A DNA stretch of 64,000 nt from an uncultured delta proteobacterium (lineage in GTDB: Bacteria > Desulfobacterota > Binatia > UBA9968), in contig CAVSLC010000003.1 in the NCBI GenBank assembly GCA_963728565.1, positions 32,001 to 96,000 on the forward strand. Direction: 5' to 3'. Both the position numbers and the translations under genes were made by a program. Positions 29,718 to 40,632 of this stretch are shown in pieces (the stretch's first letter is position 1; each line of letters begins with the position of its first letter). The notes under the pieces are model-generated. The model did no database searches and was not told where the DNA came from. It saw only the letters and a list, made by a program, of their open reading frames with translations.

Positions 29718-30314
29718 TCACTCCTGAGTCACTTCAGCTTTAGCAATCAGCCAGCGACCATCTCGCTTGGTTCCGTGAAATTCATAGCTGCCCGTTGAAC
29801 TCGTGCTAAACCCCAGCACCTTTATGCCCTCCAATTGGTAGTTGCCTTTGACGACCGCATTATCGCCGTCGGTGGAAATCCCCTCGATACTATTCATTAG
29901 TTTTGTCTCTTTGAGCATCCCGTCGTGGTGTTTGGCTATCGTGTTCTTGATTTCCTGACGAGATTTGATTTCCGAGCCGGTAGGCAGACGCAACACACCG
30001 TCTGGCAAAAACAGTTGCGCTATCTTATCGGCATCGCCGTGATTCCAAGCCTGTACCAGTTGTTTGACAGTAGACTCAGGAGTTTCATCCTTTCCGGCCG
30101 CGGGTTCCCAAACTTGCGGCGCCACATCCTTGCCTTGGTCCCCCGCCTCAATAGGTTCGTCCGCCGATCGCGGGGGAGCCGTAGTCTTCGCTTCTTCGAT
30201 TGCCGTTGGGTTGCGGGTTTGCTTTTTAACGACAAAGGCGAAAGCTAATAAGAAAACAGCCGCCAGCGCAAATGCCGCCCATGCCTTGTGAGAGACTTTT
30301 ACTTCCGTAACCAT
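29718..30314 (-). CDS. Membrane-anchored NTF2/SnoaL-like (SgcJ/EcaC, DUF4440) protein
   Basis: N-terminal TM; AWNHGDADKIAQLFLPDG, KRDGRWLI. Confidence 0.8.
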   Translation of the reverse strand: MVTEVKVSHKAWAAFALAAVFLLAFAFVVKKQTRNPTAIEEAKTTAPPRSADEPIEAGDQGKDVAPQVWEPAAGKDETPESTVKQLVQAWNHGDADKIAQLFLPDGVLRLPTGSEIKSRQEIKNTIAKHHDGMLKETKLMNSIEGISTDGDNAVVKGNYQLEGIKVLGFSTSSTGSYEFHGTKRDGRWLIAKAEVTQE

Positions 30315-30327
30315 CCGGAATCGCGAA

Positions 30328-30343
30328 CGCAAATGCAGTGCCT
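30328..30343 (-). promoter_or_regulatory. Sigma54-like promoter
   Basis: Minus strand AGGCAC-TGCAT-TTGCG; inverted repeat GAAACACA...TGTGTTTC at 30357-30388. Confidence 0.45.
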
Positions 30344-30646
30344 GAAGATTCCCGGGGAAACACAATAACCTCGCGTTTACTGTGTTTCAGTTAAAAGACA
30401 TCAGCGCTTTCGGTTCGGCTGCAGCTGAACCATTTAGGAATCTAATGAATTCGCTTTCATGGGTGCCTTGATTTGCGAGTCCGTCAGACTCTGCTTGGGT
30501 GGCGAGCAGCCGTTCGTGAAAACACGAGCAGGAATAAGCCGGTTACGCTAGGGTTCTTCTAACGGTTCTCGGCGCTTCCATCTCCCGCGAACGGAGATGC
30601 GATCAGATCTGTGTAGTATTGCGACTGCGACTGCTAGTTTAGCCTC

Positions 30647-31102
30647 ATGGAGATACAGTTATTGAAGCTTAGCGTGAGCGACGCGGACCTAAATCAATTG
30701 GCATCTCGAATTTTCGTCCGGCCCGACGCTATCCGTGAGATTGGTTTCGCTGTCACGCCGGAAGGCGTTCGGGTTATGGGAATCTATGAACGGGTTATCG
30801 GGATTCCCTTCCAGATGCTGTGGCAAATATCAATTTTCGAAGGCAAGGTCGGCGCGCGCATTGAGCGAGTGAGAGCAGGATTTATTAGTATAGGCTTCAT
30901 CAAAAAGTATCTTCTGGATCGTATTACTGCTGGAACGAATATCGTAAATCGAAACGGGATGCTCGTATTTGATGTTGATGCCGTTCTTGCCGATAACGGT
31001 TGGCCGGTGCGGCTGAACTTTACCTCGATCCGCTGTACTCTGGGTAATTTGATCCTCGAGAGCCGTGCGCCTGATTGCGTTCAGGAACCTGAAAACCGAT
31101 GA
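30647..31102 (+). CDS. Hypothetical protein
   Basis: 151-aa ORF with protein-like composition; no family recognised confidently. Confidence 0.7.
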   Translation: MEIQLLKLSVSDADLNQLASRIFVRPDAIREIGFAVTPEGVRVMGIYERVIGIPFQMLWQISIFEGKVGARIERVRAGFISIGFIKKYLLDRITAGTNIVNRNGMLVFDVDAVLADNGWPVRLNFTSIRCTLGNLILESRAPDCVQEPENR

Positions 31103-31239
31103 TGGCTGCAGATGTAATATCTGGCACTCGATGGGAATCAGAAGGTGGTGGCAAACTCGCCTTTGATGGCTTCTTTTCAATTTCACTTGTGCTGGCCGGA
31201 GTGATTTACAAAGGTGGATGTGATAAGCATTTTCAACTT

Positions 31240-31932
31240 ATGGCAGATGTGGCGGCGAACTATCGAGAGATCGCTGAACAGATCAGGCGGGCCGCAGTTT
31301 CGAAGGGACGAGACCCGCGCGATGTTAAAATACTGGCAGCCGCCAAAGCACAAGATATCAAAGCAATCGATGCTGCCATTATGGCTGGTGTCTTGCTCAT
31401 CGGTGAAAATTACGTTCAGGAGGCGAGCCTCAAAAGAAAGAGCCTTCCCGATAACGTCGAATGGCACATGATTGGTCACCTGCAACGCAACAAGGCAAAA
31501 GCGGCAGTGGAAATCTTCGATGTCATTGAGTCTCTCGATAACGCTGAATTGGCGCGCGAGCTGGATAAGGAAGGCCGAAAAAAAAATGTCCGAGTGCGGG
31601 CGCTCATTGAGATTAATATAGGCGGTGAAGAAACCAAGTCCGGGATTGCCAAGGCCAAAGTCGAGGAGCTTTTACGCACTGTCGGCGAGCTCGACCATCT
31701 CAGCATCGAAGGGCTGATGACTGTTCCGCCTTTTCGCGAAAACTCTGAAGAAACTCGGCGTTACTTTCGTGACCTGCGCCAATTGCGCGATGAGCTGCAC
31801 AGCTTGAAATTGCCGAATGTCAACCTTAGGGAGCTGTCGATGGGCATGACGCACGATTATCTGATTGCTGTTGAAGAAGGAGCAACCATTGTGCGAATTG
31901 GCACAGCCCTGTTTGGTCCGCGGAGAACGTAG
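31240..31932 (+). CDS. yggS: PLP homeostasis protein YggS
   Basis: GENYVQE, WHMIGHLQRNK, LSMGMTHD, VRIGTALFG. Confidence 0.95.
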   Translation: MADVAANYREIAEQIRRAAVSKGRDPRDVKILAAAKAQDIKAIDAAIMAGVLLIGENYVQEASLKRKSLPDNVEWHMIGHLQRNKAKAAVEIFDVIESLDNAELARELDKEGRKKNVRVRALIEINIGGEETKSGIAKAKVEELLRTVGELDHLSIEGLMTVPPFRENSEETRRYFRDLRQLRDELHSLKLPNVNLRELSMGMTHDYLIAVEEGATIVRIGTALFGPRRT

Positions 31933-31937
31933 CCGGA

Positions 31938-32237
31938 ATGTTTATTCTCGCGAATTTTATCATCGCTACGGCCCAGGTTCTGGACTTCTTGCTCTGGGCT
32001 TACCAGTGGATTTTGATTGCTCGAGTGGTGATATCCTGGATTGACGCCGACCCCTATAATCCGATAGTGCGATTTATTTATAATTTGACAGAGCCGGTGC
32101 TCGAGAGGGTTCGTGAACGGCTACCTTTAGTTGCCGGCGGATTTGATCTCTCTCCTCTGATTGTTTGGCTCGCCATCTGGTTTATCAAGCGATTTCTGGT
32201 TCAATCGCTTTATGACCTTGCTTATGCGTTGAGGTAA
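31938..32237 (+). CDS. yggT: YggT-family membrane protein
   Basis: ISWIDADPYNPIVRFIYNLTEPVL, DLSPL. Confidence 0.92.
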   Translation: MFILANFIIATAQVLDFLLWAYQWILIARVVISWIDADPYNPIVRFIYNLTEPVLERVRERLPLVAGGFDLSPLIVWLAIWFIKRFLVQSLYDLAYALR

Positions 32238-32465
32238 TCGCCAGGGATGCGTTCGTGAAATCTCGACATGGCCGTATATTCGCATGAATCGATCGAATGC
32301 TCGCCCCGCTGTTATGGCCCGCATTGGTCTTGCCCATCGCGCGGCGGCCGGAGTTTTTACGTGGCGCCGGCCACAGCAAGGACAGTGACGTCTGAACCTA
32401 AGAAAAAGAAGACTGTTCGCTCCATAACTTAGTCTCGGCATTATTCACAAAGGGAGATTGTTCTC

Positions 32466-33884
32466 ATGAAGATTTTCTTAGAAGGGCGTTGGATTGATAA
32501 GGCCAACAAGATCGAGGTCAAAAACCCTTTCGATAATTCGGTCATCGATACGGTTCCCAAAGCGGATGCCAGCGATGTGGAAAAGGCGCTGGCTTATGCC
32601 GAACGTGGAGCCAAGGTGATGGCCAAACTGACCAGCTATCAGCGTTGGAAAATCCTGCGCACGGCGGCAGATCTAATGGCGGCGCGCAACGAAGAGCTCG
32701 GCCAAACCATATCTAAGGAAGAAGGAAAGATCATCGCCGAGGGGCGGGGAGAAGCAGGCCGAGCGGTGGAAACTATGATGGGATCTGCCGAGGAGGCCAA
32801 GCGCTTACACGGGGAAACCGTCCCGCTGGATGCGGATCCTACCGGGGCTAAGAAGTTAGGATTCACGCTACGCGTGCCCTGCGGTGTCGTTGCAGCCATC
32901 GCGCCATTTAACTTTCCATTAAATCTCGTTTGTCACAAAGTCGGTCCGGCGCTCGCAGCGGGAAATTCGGTGATCGTCAAACCGGCTTCCGATACACCGC
33001 TGTCGGCCTTGAAGCTCACGGAAATTCTTTTGGAAGCTGGACTCCCGCCGGAAGGGATTCAATGCATCACAGGATCGGGCGGTGAGATCGGTGATGCTCT
33101 GGTTAAAGACCGCCGCGTGCGAAAAATCACATTTACCGGCAGCCGTGAAATTGGCGATCGAATTTGCCGAATGGCGGGGATAAAAAAAGTTACGATGGAA
33201 CTCGGCTCCAACAGCCCGCTTATCATCATGCCCGACGCCGATTTAAACAGAGTGGCGGCCGCAGTGGCGACGACCGGTTACGGCAATGCCGGGCAAACCT
33301 GCATCTCGACTCAAAGGGTGCTTACGGCAAAAAAAGTTTACGGCGACTTCCTTGATGCTTTGAAACCCAAAGTTGAAGCCCTCAGCACCGGCAATCAACT
33401 CGATGAAGGATCAAAAGTCGGGCCGATGGTAAAGGAGAGCGAGGCGGTCCGCGTCGAAGACTGGATCGAAGAAGCGGTTGCCTCCGGTGCGCGCTTGGCG
33501 GCCGGTGGTGGTCGGCGCGGCGCGATCTACATGCCAGCAGTGGTGGCCGATGTTACGCCAGATATGCGCATCTCGCGCGATGAGCTATTCGGTCCGGCGG
33601 TGGCGGTGACTCCGTTTGAAAATATCGAAGAGGCCATTGCGCTCGCCAACGATAGTATCTACGGCTTGGCGGCAGGCATCTTTACGGAAAATGTGGAATG
33701 GGCCATGAAATTCGCGCGTGAAGCCGAGGCCGGCAATCTGCATGTTAACTGGGGCCCGCAATGGCGCGTGGACCTTATGCCTTACGGCGGACTTAAGGAC
33801 TCAGGCTTTGGCAAGGAAGGTCCAAGGTATGCGGTGGAAGAAATGACCGAGCTCAAGATGGTGGTATTTCACCTGAATAGCTGA
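32466..33884 (+). CDS. NAD(P)-dependent aldehyde dehydrogenase
   Basis: PFNFPL, FTGS, MELGSN (Glu), AGQTCIS (Cys), ELFGP. Confidence 0.95.
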   Translation: MKIFLEGRWIDKANKIEVKNPFDNSVIDTVPKADASDVEKALAYAERGAKVMAKLTSYQRWKILRTAADLMAARNEELGQTISKEEGKIIAEGRGEAGRAVETMMGSAEEAKRLHGETVPLDADPTGAKKLGFTLRVPCGVVAAIAPFNFPLNLVCHKVGPALAAGNSVIVKPASDTPLSALKLTEILLEAGLPPEGIQCITGSGGEIGDALVKDRRVRKITFTGSREIGDRICRMAGIKKVTMELGSNSPLIIMPDADLNRVAAAVATTGYGNAGQTCISTQRVLTAKKVYGDFLDALKPKVEALSTGNQLDEGSKVGPMVKESEAVRVEDWIEEAVASGARLAAGGGRRGAIYMPAVVADVTPDMRISRDELFGPAVAVTPFENIEEAIALANDSIYGLAAGIFTENVEWAMKFAREAEAGNLHVNWGPQWRVDLMPYGGLKDSGFGKEGPRYAVEEMTELKMVVFHLNS

Positions 33885-33951
33885 TCTGACAAACAGCTTT
33901 GGCAACCAGCGAACACCAGAGTTAAACAGCGTGCAAGCATCGGAACCAGTG

Positions 33952-34674
33952 ATGAGAAGCGATGGGCGAAAACCCAAACAACTGCGGGCAATAAAAATAG
34001 CGCCGGGCTACCTAAAGACTGCCGATGGTTCGGTGTTGATCGAGATGGGCGACACGAAAGTAATTTGCACCGCTAAATTGGAAGACCGTGTGCCGCCTTT
34101 CCTGCGCAATAGCGGTAAGGGTTGGATCACCGCCGAATATGGCATGTTGCCGGGTTCATCACAGGCGCGCATCGGCCGCGAGTCCTCCCGCGGCAAAGTG
34201 GGTGGCAGAACCCACGAGATTCAACGCTTGATTGGCCGCAGTTTGCGGGCGATTACGGATTTGACCAATCTGGGTGAGCGTACGGTCTGGATCGATTGCG
34301 ATGTGATCCAGGCGGACGGTGGCACCCGCACCGCTTCGATTACCGGCGCTTATGTTTCTCTGTGCCAAGCAATTCGTAGTTGGCAAAAGCGTGGAATCAT
34401 TTCGCAAGAACCTATCAAAGACTCCGTTGCCGCGGTAAGCATTGGAATCGTAGATGGCAAGATCCTGCTAGATCTATGTTACGAGGAGGATAGCAAAGCG
34501 GACGTCGATATGAATTTCGTTATGACAGGGTCCGGTAAGTTCGTCGAAGTTCAAGGTACTGCGGAGAGCGCCCCTTTTACCAGGAAACAAATGGATAAGA
34601 TGTCGGAGATTGCCGAACACGGCATCAAGGAGTTGCTCAGGGCGCAGAAACAAGCTCTCACCTTCACTTCTTGA
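33952..34674 (+). CDS. rph: Ribonuclease PH
   Basis: [34 protein letters not shown]. Confidence 0.97.
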   Translation: MRSDGRKPKQLRAIKIAPGYLKTADGSVLIEMGDTKVICTAKLEDRVPPFLRNSGKGWITAEYGMLPGSSQARIGRESSRGKVGGRTHEIQRLIGRSLRAITDLTNLGERTVWIDCDVIQADGGTRTASITGAYVSLCQAIRSWQKRGIISQEPIKDSVAAVSIGIVDGKILLDLCYEEDSKADVDMNFVMTGSGKFVEVQGTAESAPFTRKQMDKMSEIAEHGIKELLRAQKQALTFTS

Positions 34675-34687
34675 AGTCGTCAATGCG

Positions 34688-35308
34688 ATGTTCGATCTAC
34701 TTGTCGGGACAACCAACAGCGGGAAATTGAGGGAGATCAAAATTTTTCTGAAACATCTGCCGCTTCATATTATCTCCTTAAATGACTTATACGATCCACC
34801 GGTGATTGCTGAAGATGGGCAATCGTTCGAAGAAAATGCTCTCAAAAAGGCGCGAACGCTTGCGGAGTGGTCCGGCTACCGCACATTGGCGGATGATTCG
34901 GGATTGGAAGTTGATGCTCTCGATGGTAGGCCTGGGATTCTTTCGGCGCGATTTAGCGGCGCTGAGGCTGGTGACGCCGGCAATAACAGCAAGCTCCTCG
35001 AAGAAATGAGGGGCATTTGCGAGGAAAAACGAACTGCGCGGTTTGTTTGTGTTTTGGCCTTGTGCCTCCCGAGATTGCGTGGTGATAAGCAGTGCACCGT
35101 GCGGGGTAGTTGCGAAGGATTCATCGGGGTTGCTCCTAAAGGAAGGAATGGCTTCGGGTATGATCCGCTGTTTTTCTACCCGCCATTGGGGAGGACCTTC
35201 GGCGAAATCGATCAGCGGACGAAGATAACCGTCAGTCATCGCGGCAAAGCGCTTGCAAAGCTCGCCGAGGTCCTGCCGGCATGTTTCGATTTGGCTGGAA
35301 AACCTTGA
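34688..35308 (+). CDS. rdgB: dITP/XTP pyrophosphatase
   Basis: TTNSGKLRE, LADDSGL, GFGYDPLF, SHRG. Confidence 0.95.
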   Translation: MFDLLVGTTNSGKLREIKIFLKHLPLHIISLNDLYDPPVIAEDGQSFEENALKKARTLAEWSGYRTLADDSGLEVDALDGRPGILSARFSGAEAGDAGNNSKLLEEMRGICEEKRTARFVCVLALCLPRLRGDKQCTVRGSCEGFIGVAPKGRNGFGYDPLFFYPPLGRTFGEIDQRTKITVSHRGKALAKLAEVLPACFDLAGKP

Positions 35309-35349
35309 TTTACTTCTTTAGCCATGTAGAATTGAGCCTGTTCATTTGA

Positions 35350-35426
35350 CGGGGCGTAGCGCAGCCTGGTAGCGCACCTGCCTTGGGCGCAGGGGGTCGG
35401 AAGTTCAAATCTTCTCGCCCCGACCA
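35350..35426 (+). tRNA. tRNA-Pro(TGG)
   Basis: Cloverleaf; anticodon loop CT-TGG-GC; CCA end. Confidence 0.95.
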
Positions 35427-35435
35427 TCAAGACTG

Positions 35436-35492
35436 CTGAGTAATGAGTGTTGAGTTTCAGTAACTCATCGCTTATTACTCGCTGTTTTTTTT
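35436..35492 (+). repeat. Heptamer-based long hairpin plus T run in the tRNA spacer
   Basis: CTGAGTA-ATGAGTG-TTGAGTT-tcagt-AACTCAT-CGCTTAT-TACTCGC then T8. Confidence 0.6.
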
Positions 35493-35569
35493 GCGCCAGT
35501 AGCTCAGTTGGATAGAGCAACGGCCTTCTAAGCCGTAGGTCAGGGGTTCGAATCCCTTCTGGCGCGCCA
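35493..35569 (+). tRNA. tRNA-Arg(TCT)
   Basis: Cloverleaf; CT-TCT-AA; CCA. Confidence 0.95.
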
Positions 35570-35583
35570 GTGTCGGGTTATAT

Positions 35584-35660
35584 GGTGAGTGTAGCTCAAC
35601 GGTTAGAGCACTGGACTGTGGCTCCAGGGGTTGAGGGTTCAAATCCCTTCACTCACCCCA
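35584..35660 (+). tRNA. tRNA-His(GTG)
   Basis: Cloverleaf; CT-GTG-GC; encoded G-1; CCA. Confidence 0.95.
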
Positions 35661-35723
35661 TATTGTTAGTTCCGTGTTCTCAGTTCGGTACAAGGTTCGT
35701 GCCTGCCGAGTAATAGTTTGTTT

Positions 35724-35799
<76 letters not shown>

Positions 35800-36075
35800 A
35801 AATCTTCTTAGCCCGAGGCTATCTCTTTAGCCCCCCAATCGGTGACACCTGAGCCGTTCGGCTAGAACCTAGTCGGTCCTTAGGGTATTTAGCCTGCATT
35901 GTTCAGGATATTTCGCCTTTTGCTCTGTGTTCCTTGCCGCTTCTCGCGTAGCGCCGATGCGTTTTCTTCGTAACGTGATCGCGCAGAAATCAATTGTTAA
36001 GGCTTCTCCGTAGTGAGATAATGATTCAGGTTCTATTCGCATATGCGACGCAGCTTGGCAGCTGGCAAGGATTCG

Positions 36076-36597
36076 ATGGATCTGACGGCAACGACCTATT
36101 CTATGACTTTGGAGATCTACTTGCAGTCCGCGGTTCTGCGCGGGGTGCTCGTTACAAATCAGGATCGTCTAAGTAATTACCTGATACTTCGTGAGGGAGA
36201 TGAAGTTCTCTCAATCACAAACGCCACTCTTGACGATTTGCAAGGAAAAACGATGGCGGCCGGCTCAGCCGAATATTTGATCTATATGCAGGAGGTATTT
36301 CTAATCGGCGATTTGAGCCCGCAACTCAGTTCAGATCGGTCCGGGTACGAACATCTTTACGTGAAAAAGGAATCAAACAAAGCCTTGATCAGCGTAGGAC
36401 CCTATTGGCTGAAAGGCGACATTCATATCGTTCCGGGCGCTCCGTTGCATGAGCTCCTATTGGGCAAGACACGTTTTTTCCCGATTACCGACGCCACCTT
36501 AATCGGCAGGCCCGACATAGCATCGCGCACGTATCTAGTGAATCGCACAAAGATTGGTTGCATGACAGCCGTAGGGGACGGTCTGGTTGAGCTTTAA
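36076..36597 (+). CDS. Hypothetical protein (two tandem DUF6812-like units)
   Basis: Two similar halves: LRGVL...RLSNYL...ITNATL and LKGDI...LHELL...ITDATL...LVNR. Confidence 0.7.
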   Translation: MDLTATTYSMTLEIYLQSAVLRGVLVTNQDRLSNYLILREGDEVLSITNATLDDLQGKTMAAGSAEYLIYMQEVFLIGDLSPQLSSDRSGYEHLYVKKESNKALISVGPYWLKGDIHIVPGAPLHELLLGKTRFFPITDATLIGRPDIASRTYLVNRTKIGCMTAVGDGLVEL

Positions 36598-36619
36598 TGG
36601 TAAAGGCAAGTAAGCCCAA

Positions 36620-36940
36620 ATGACTAACCGAGTTCCAACCGAGATCAATCACATTAAAACCCAGGCCGTCGTCAGGATTCTGTGGAATGATGGCCATGCA
36701 GGGAACTATCCAGAAGCGTACCTGAGGGGTCACTGCCCTTGCGCTCTTTGCCAAGGCCACGGCACCACCCGGAAGTTTATCTCCGTTCCGGATGCTAAGT
36801 TGATTGACATCCGGCCGATAGGAAACTACGCGGTAGAATTTCACTGGCACGATGGTCACAGTACCGGCATCTACACCTATGATTATCTCCGATCTCTCTG
36901 TCCGTGCCCAGAGTGCGATTCTTCAGATGATCGCAGTTGA
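36620..36940 (+). CDS. DUF971 / GBBH-like N-terminal domain protein
   Basis: WNDGH, LRGHCPCALC, GNYAV, WHDGHSTGIY. Confidence 0.9.
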   Translation: MTNRVPTEINHIKTQAVVRILWNDGHAGNYPEAYLRGHCPCALCQGHGTTRKFISVPDAKLIDIRPIGNYAVEFHWHDGHSTGIYTYDYLRSLCPCPECDSSDDRS

Positions 36941-37214
36941 TAACTAACGGCTTCGAGCTGTTTGGATTGATCAAGAACTAGTCCTTTCAAATAGCGCCTG
37001 GTTCAGCGAAGCGCCAGGACCCGTGCTTTAATCCCGCGTAAGCCCTAATCCGCAGCAGTACAACAGCATCAAATTGTTCTTGCCGCGCTCACATCGGTTT
37101 GGACTGATTTGAACTAAATAGACCGCGCGAATGCTTGACTTAGTGGAATGCCTTTCCTACTCTGTTTTGCTGGTCTAGACGGCAAAACACTGGTCCACAA
37201 TTTGTTCTCTAGAA

Positions 37215-37299
37215 GCGAGAGTGGCGGAACTGGCAGACGCACTAGACTTAGGATCTAGCGGGTAACACCATGGGGGTTCGAGTCCCCCCTCTCGCACCA
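37215..37299 (+). tRNA. tRNA-Leu(TAG)
   Basis: Long variable arm; CT-TAG-GA; CCA. Confidence 0.95.
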
Positions 37300-37387
37300 G
37301 CGTGTCCGTCGTGAAACAAGGAAGGGGGATGTTGTGTGGTGATCGTGTCGATGCTAAGCCGCAGAGACAGTTGCGAATCACCGCTTT

Positions 37388-38713
37388 ATGGCTATGAAAA
37401 TAGATCTCGCTGAGCTAAGTCCAGTACAACGCAAGGTTCATATCGAGCTACCGGCAAACGAAGTCGCCGGCGAATTCTCTCGCGCCTACCAGGACCTTGG
37501 CAAACGTGTTCGCATCAAGGGATTTCGCACGGGGAAGGCCCCGCGAAGTGTTCTCCAGGGAATCTATGGAGATGAAATAAGAGAGCAAGTCCGTTCACAG
37601 CTAGTCGAACATTCGCTCGGTGAAGTAATCAAAGACCGAGGCTTGCAACTAGTTTCCCGCCCAGAGATCGAGGCCGCCGAGCTCCAAGAGAACGGGGATT
37701 TTTCCTTTTCAGCTGTTTTTGAGGTTAAGCCCGAAATCGATGTTAAGAATTACCTCGGCATCGAGGTCAAGAAACCGCGAATTGCTGTGACCGACGATCA
37801 GATTGATGAAGCGCTAAAACGTTTGCAGCAGAGCCACGCGCGTTTAGAGCCAGTTACCGATCGCATCGTCGCCGAGCGGGGGGATTTCATCGCGGTAGAT
37901 TTTGCCGGCGTCGTGGACGGCAAACCTTTCTCCGGCGGCAAAGGCGACAACTATGTGATAGAGATAGGAGCCGGCCAGGCACTGCCCCAATTTGATGATG
38001 CTCTGCAAGGAGCCAAGCAGGGTGAGGAAAAACAAATCAAGGTTACTTACCCTGAAGACTACCCCAATCGTGGTCTTGCCGGCAAAACTGCCGAGTTCTC
38101 AGTCGTCGTGCGTGAGATCAAGCAGAAAGTACTTCCGACGATCGATGACGAGTTCGCCAAAGATCATGGCGAATGCTCCTCGCTAGAGGAATTGAAGGGA
38201 ATCATTCGTCAACGGCTCGAAGCTGAGCTCGCGCAATACCAAAAAGAAGAGCTCAAGGAACAAATTTTAAACCATTTGATCGAGAGTCATTCCTTTGAGC
38301 CGCCCGCCTCGATGGTAGAGCGTCAAACTCGATATCTCTTGGAACGAAACGCGAGTGCGCTTCCCAACTCGCCTGAACCGGAAACGGCTCCAACCACGGA
38401 AGAAACCAGAAAAGCGCTCGAGACCCGTGCAGTCCGTCAGGTGCAAGCGACATTGTTGGTTGAGAAAATTTCACAGCTAGAAAAAATACATGTCGAAGAT
38501 CGTGACGTTCAAGAGAGAATCGACAAGCTCGTTAGAGCTGCTGGCGAACGTGGGAAGACCCTGCGCGACTTTTATTCCAGATCGGAGGCGCGCGCCGATC
38601 TGCGAACGCAAATAGCCTTTGAGCGCACTCTCGATTTCTTGCTGCAGCAAGCGGCTGTTCAAGAGGTGGATCCTTCTTTAAATAAGGTTGATGACGAAAA
38701 TAAAAAAAGTTAG
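37388..38713 (+). CDS. tig: Trigger factor
   Basis: GFRTGKAP motif, FKBP domain; upstream of clpP. Confidence 0.95.
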   Translation: MAMKIDLAELSPVQRKVHIELPANEVAGEFSRAYQDLGKRVRIKGFRTGKAPRSVLQGIYGDEIREQVRSQLVEHSLGEVIKDRGLQLVSRPEIEAAELQENGDFSFSAVFEVKPEIDVKNYLGIEVKKPRIAVTDDQIDEALKRLQQSHARLEPVTDRIVAERGDFIAVDFAGVVDGKPFSGGKGDNYVIEIGAGQALPQFDDALQGAKQGEEKQIKVTYPEDYPNRGLAGKTAEFSVVVREIKQKVLPTIDDEFAKDHGECSSLEELKGIIRQRLEAELAQYQKEELKEQILNHLIESHSFEPPASMVERQTRYLLERNASALPNSPEPETAPTTEETRKALETRAVRQVQATLLVEKISQLEKIHVEDRDVQERIDKLVRAAGERGKTLRDFYSRSEARADLRTQIAFERTLDFLLQQAAVQEVDPSLNKVDDENKKS

Positions 38714-38742
38714 AATGACTTGGTGGTAAAGGAGTTTCTAGG

Positions 38743-39345
38743 ATGAATTTTATTCCCATGGTCGTCGAGCAAACCGGCCGCGGCGAGAGAGCCTATGACA
38801 TTTATTCTCGCTTGCTTAAGGATCGCATTGTATTTTTGGGGTCCGTTGTGACCGATGACGTGGCGAATCTGATTACGGCCCAGTTCCTCTTTCTCGAATC
38901 GGAAGATCCTGAACGCGATATTTTCTTCTACATCAATTCTCCGGGCGGATCTGTGACTGCAGGATTAGCGATCTATGATACGATGCAGTACGTCCGACCA
39001 CAGATCTCCACGGTTTGTGTCGGGCAGGCTGCGAGCATGGGCGCCGTGCTCCTTGCCGCCGGCAGTAAAACCAAACGGTATGCGCTGCCCCATGCGCGGA
39101 TTATGATTCACCAGCCGCTGGGTGGATTCCAGGGGCAGGCGGCGGATATTGATATTCAAGCGCGCGAGATTCTTAGAATGCGTGAAGAGTTGAATAACAT
39201 CCTCATGAAACATACCGGGCAAAGCTTAAAGAAGATCGAGAAGGATACCGATCGGGATATGTTCATGTCAGGTAAGCAGGCGCAGGAATACGGTTTGGTT
39301 GACGAGGTGATCGCGACTCGACCTGAAAGCACTTTGAAAAAGTGA
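38743..39345 (+). CDS. clpP: ATP-dependent Clp protease proteolytic subunit
   Basis: YINSPGG, AASMG, MIHQP. Confidence 0.98.
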   Translation: MNFIPMVVEQTGRGERAYDIYSRLLKDRIVFLGSVVTDDVANLITAQFLFLESEDPERDIFFYINSPGGSVTAGLAIYDTMQYVRPQISTVCVGQAASMGAVLLAAGSKTKRYALPHARIMIHQPLGGFQGQAADIDIQAREILRMREELNNILMKHTGQSLKKIEKDTDRDMFMSGKQAQEYGLVDEVIATRPESTLKK

Positions 39346-39366
39346 TTCAACTGAAGCGGGGGTTCT

Positions 39367-40620
39367 ATGCCAAAGCACGGGGATGATCGATCCGGGAATC
39401 TTGTTTGCTCTTTCTGCGGAAAGAGTCAAGACGAGGTTCGCAAGTTGATTGCTGGACCGACCGTATACATTTGCGACGAATGCATCGATCTATGCAACGA
39501 CATCATTGCCGAAGAGTGCGATCACGATGAAACTCTTACGGCCTCATCTAACGTTCCAAAGCCAGCTGAAATCAAAAGAGTTCTAGATCAGTATGTGATC
39601 GGCCAAGAGCGAGCGAAACGGATTCTCGCCGTCGCGGTCCATAACCATTATAAACGCATTGACAGCCAGATGGTGACGGGCGATGTTGAATTGCAGAAGA
39701 GTAACATTCTACTGCTGGGGCCTACCGGTTCCGGAAAGACCTTGTTGGCGCAGACTCTTGCACGTTTTCTGCAAGTGCCCTTCACCATAGCTGATGCAAC
39801 CAGTCTCACAGAGGCGGGGTACGTTGGCGAAGATGTAGAAAATATTATCCTGAACCTGCTGCAAGCGGCGGATTATGACGTTGAAAAGGCGCAGCGAGGA
39901 ATCGTATATATTGACGAGATCGATAAGATTTCTCGAAAATCGGACAATCCGTCGATTACCCGCGATGTCTCGGGGGAGGGTGTGCAACAGGCTCTGCTGA
40001 AGATCATCGAAGGAACCATGGCGAGCGTTCCACCAAAAGGAGGCAGAAAGCATCCGCAGCAGGAGTTTTTACAGGTAGACACGACTAACATTCTATTTAT
40101 CTGTGGCGGCGCTTTCGTCGGCCTGGAAGATATCATCCGTAAGCGGACTGGGAAAAAACGCATGGGCTTCGGCGGTCATCTCGATGAACAAGATGGCAAA
40201 CGGCCCACTGAGCTTTTGCATGAAACGCGGCCGGAGGATCTGCTTAAGTTCGGATTGATTCCAGAATTTATTGGGCGATTGCCCGTGATCGCTACCTTGG
40301 ACGAACTGGATGAATTCGCCTTAGTGCGTATACTGAAAGAACCAAAGAACGCGCTGACAAAACAGTATTCCAAGCTTTTCGAAATGGAAAGCGTGCATCT
40401 TAAATTCACGGAAGAGGCACTTCGATCGATCGCACGGGACGCGATGAAACGTAAATCCGGCGCGCGAGGGCTTAGAGCAATCATGGAAAATATTATGCTC
40501 GATATTATGTATGACATGCCGTCGCAGCCCAACATCAAGGAGGTCGTGATTTCCGAAGAAGTGGTCAACAGAAACGAACCTCCGATTGTTGTGTACACCA
40601 AAGCGGCGGAGAGCGCTTAG
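39367..40620 (+). CDS. clpX: Clp protease ATP-binding subunit ClpX
   Basis: CSFCGK zinc domain, [18 protein letters not shown]. Confidence 0.98.
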   Translation: MPKHGDDRSGNLVCSFCGKSQDEVRKLIAGPTVYICDECIDLCNDIIAEECDHDETLTASSNVPKPAEIKRVLDQYVIGQERAKRILAVAVHNHYKRIDSQMVTGDVELQKSNILLLGPTGSGKTLLAQTLARFLQVPFTIADATSLTEAGYVGEDVENIILNLLQAADYDVEKAQRGIVYIDEIDKISRKSDNPSITRDVSGEGVQQALLKIIEGTMASVPPKGGRKHPQQEFLQVDTTNILFICGGAFVGLEDIIRKRTGKKRMGFGGHLDEQDGKRPTELLHETRPEDLLKFGLIPEFIGRLPVIATLDELDEFALVRILKEPKNALTKQYSKLFEMESVHLKFTEEALRSIARDAMKRKSGARGLRAIMENIMLDIMYDMPSQPNIKEVVISEEVVNRNEPPIVVYTKAAESA

Positions 40621-40632
40621 GAAGGGAAACGT

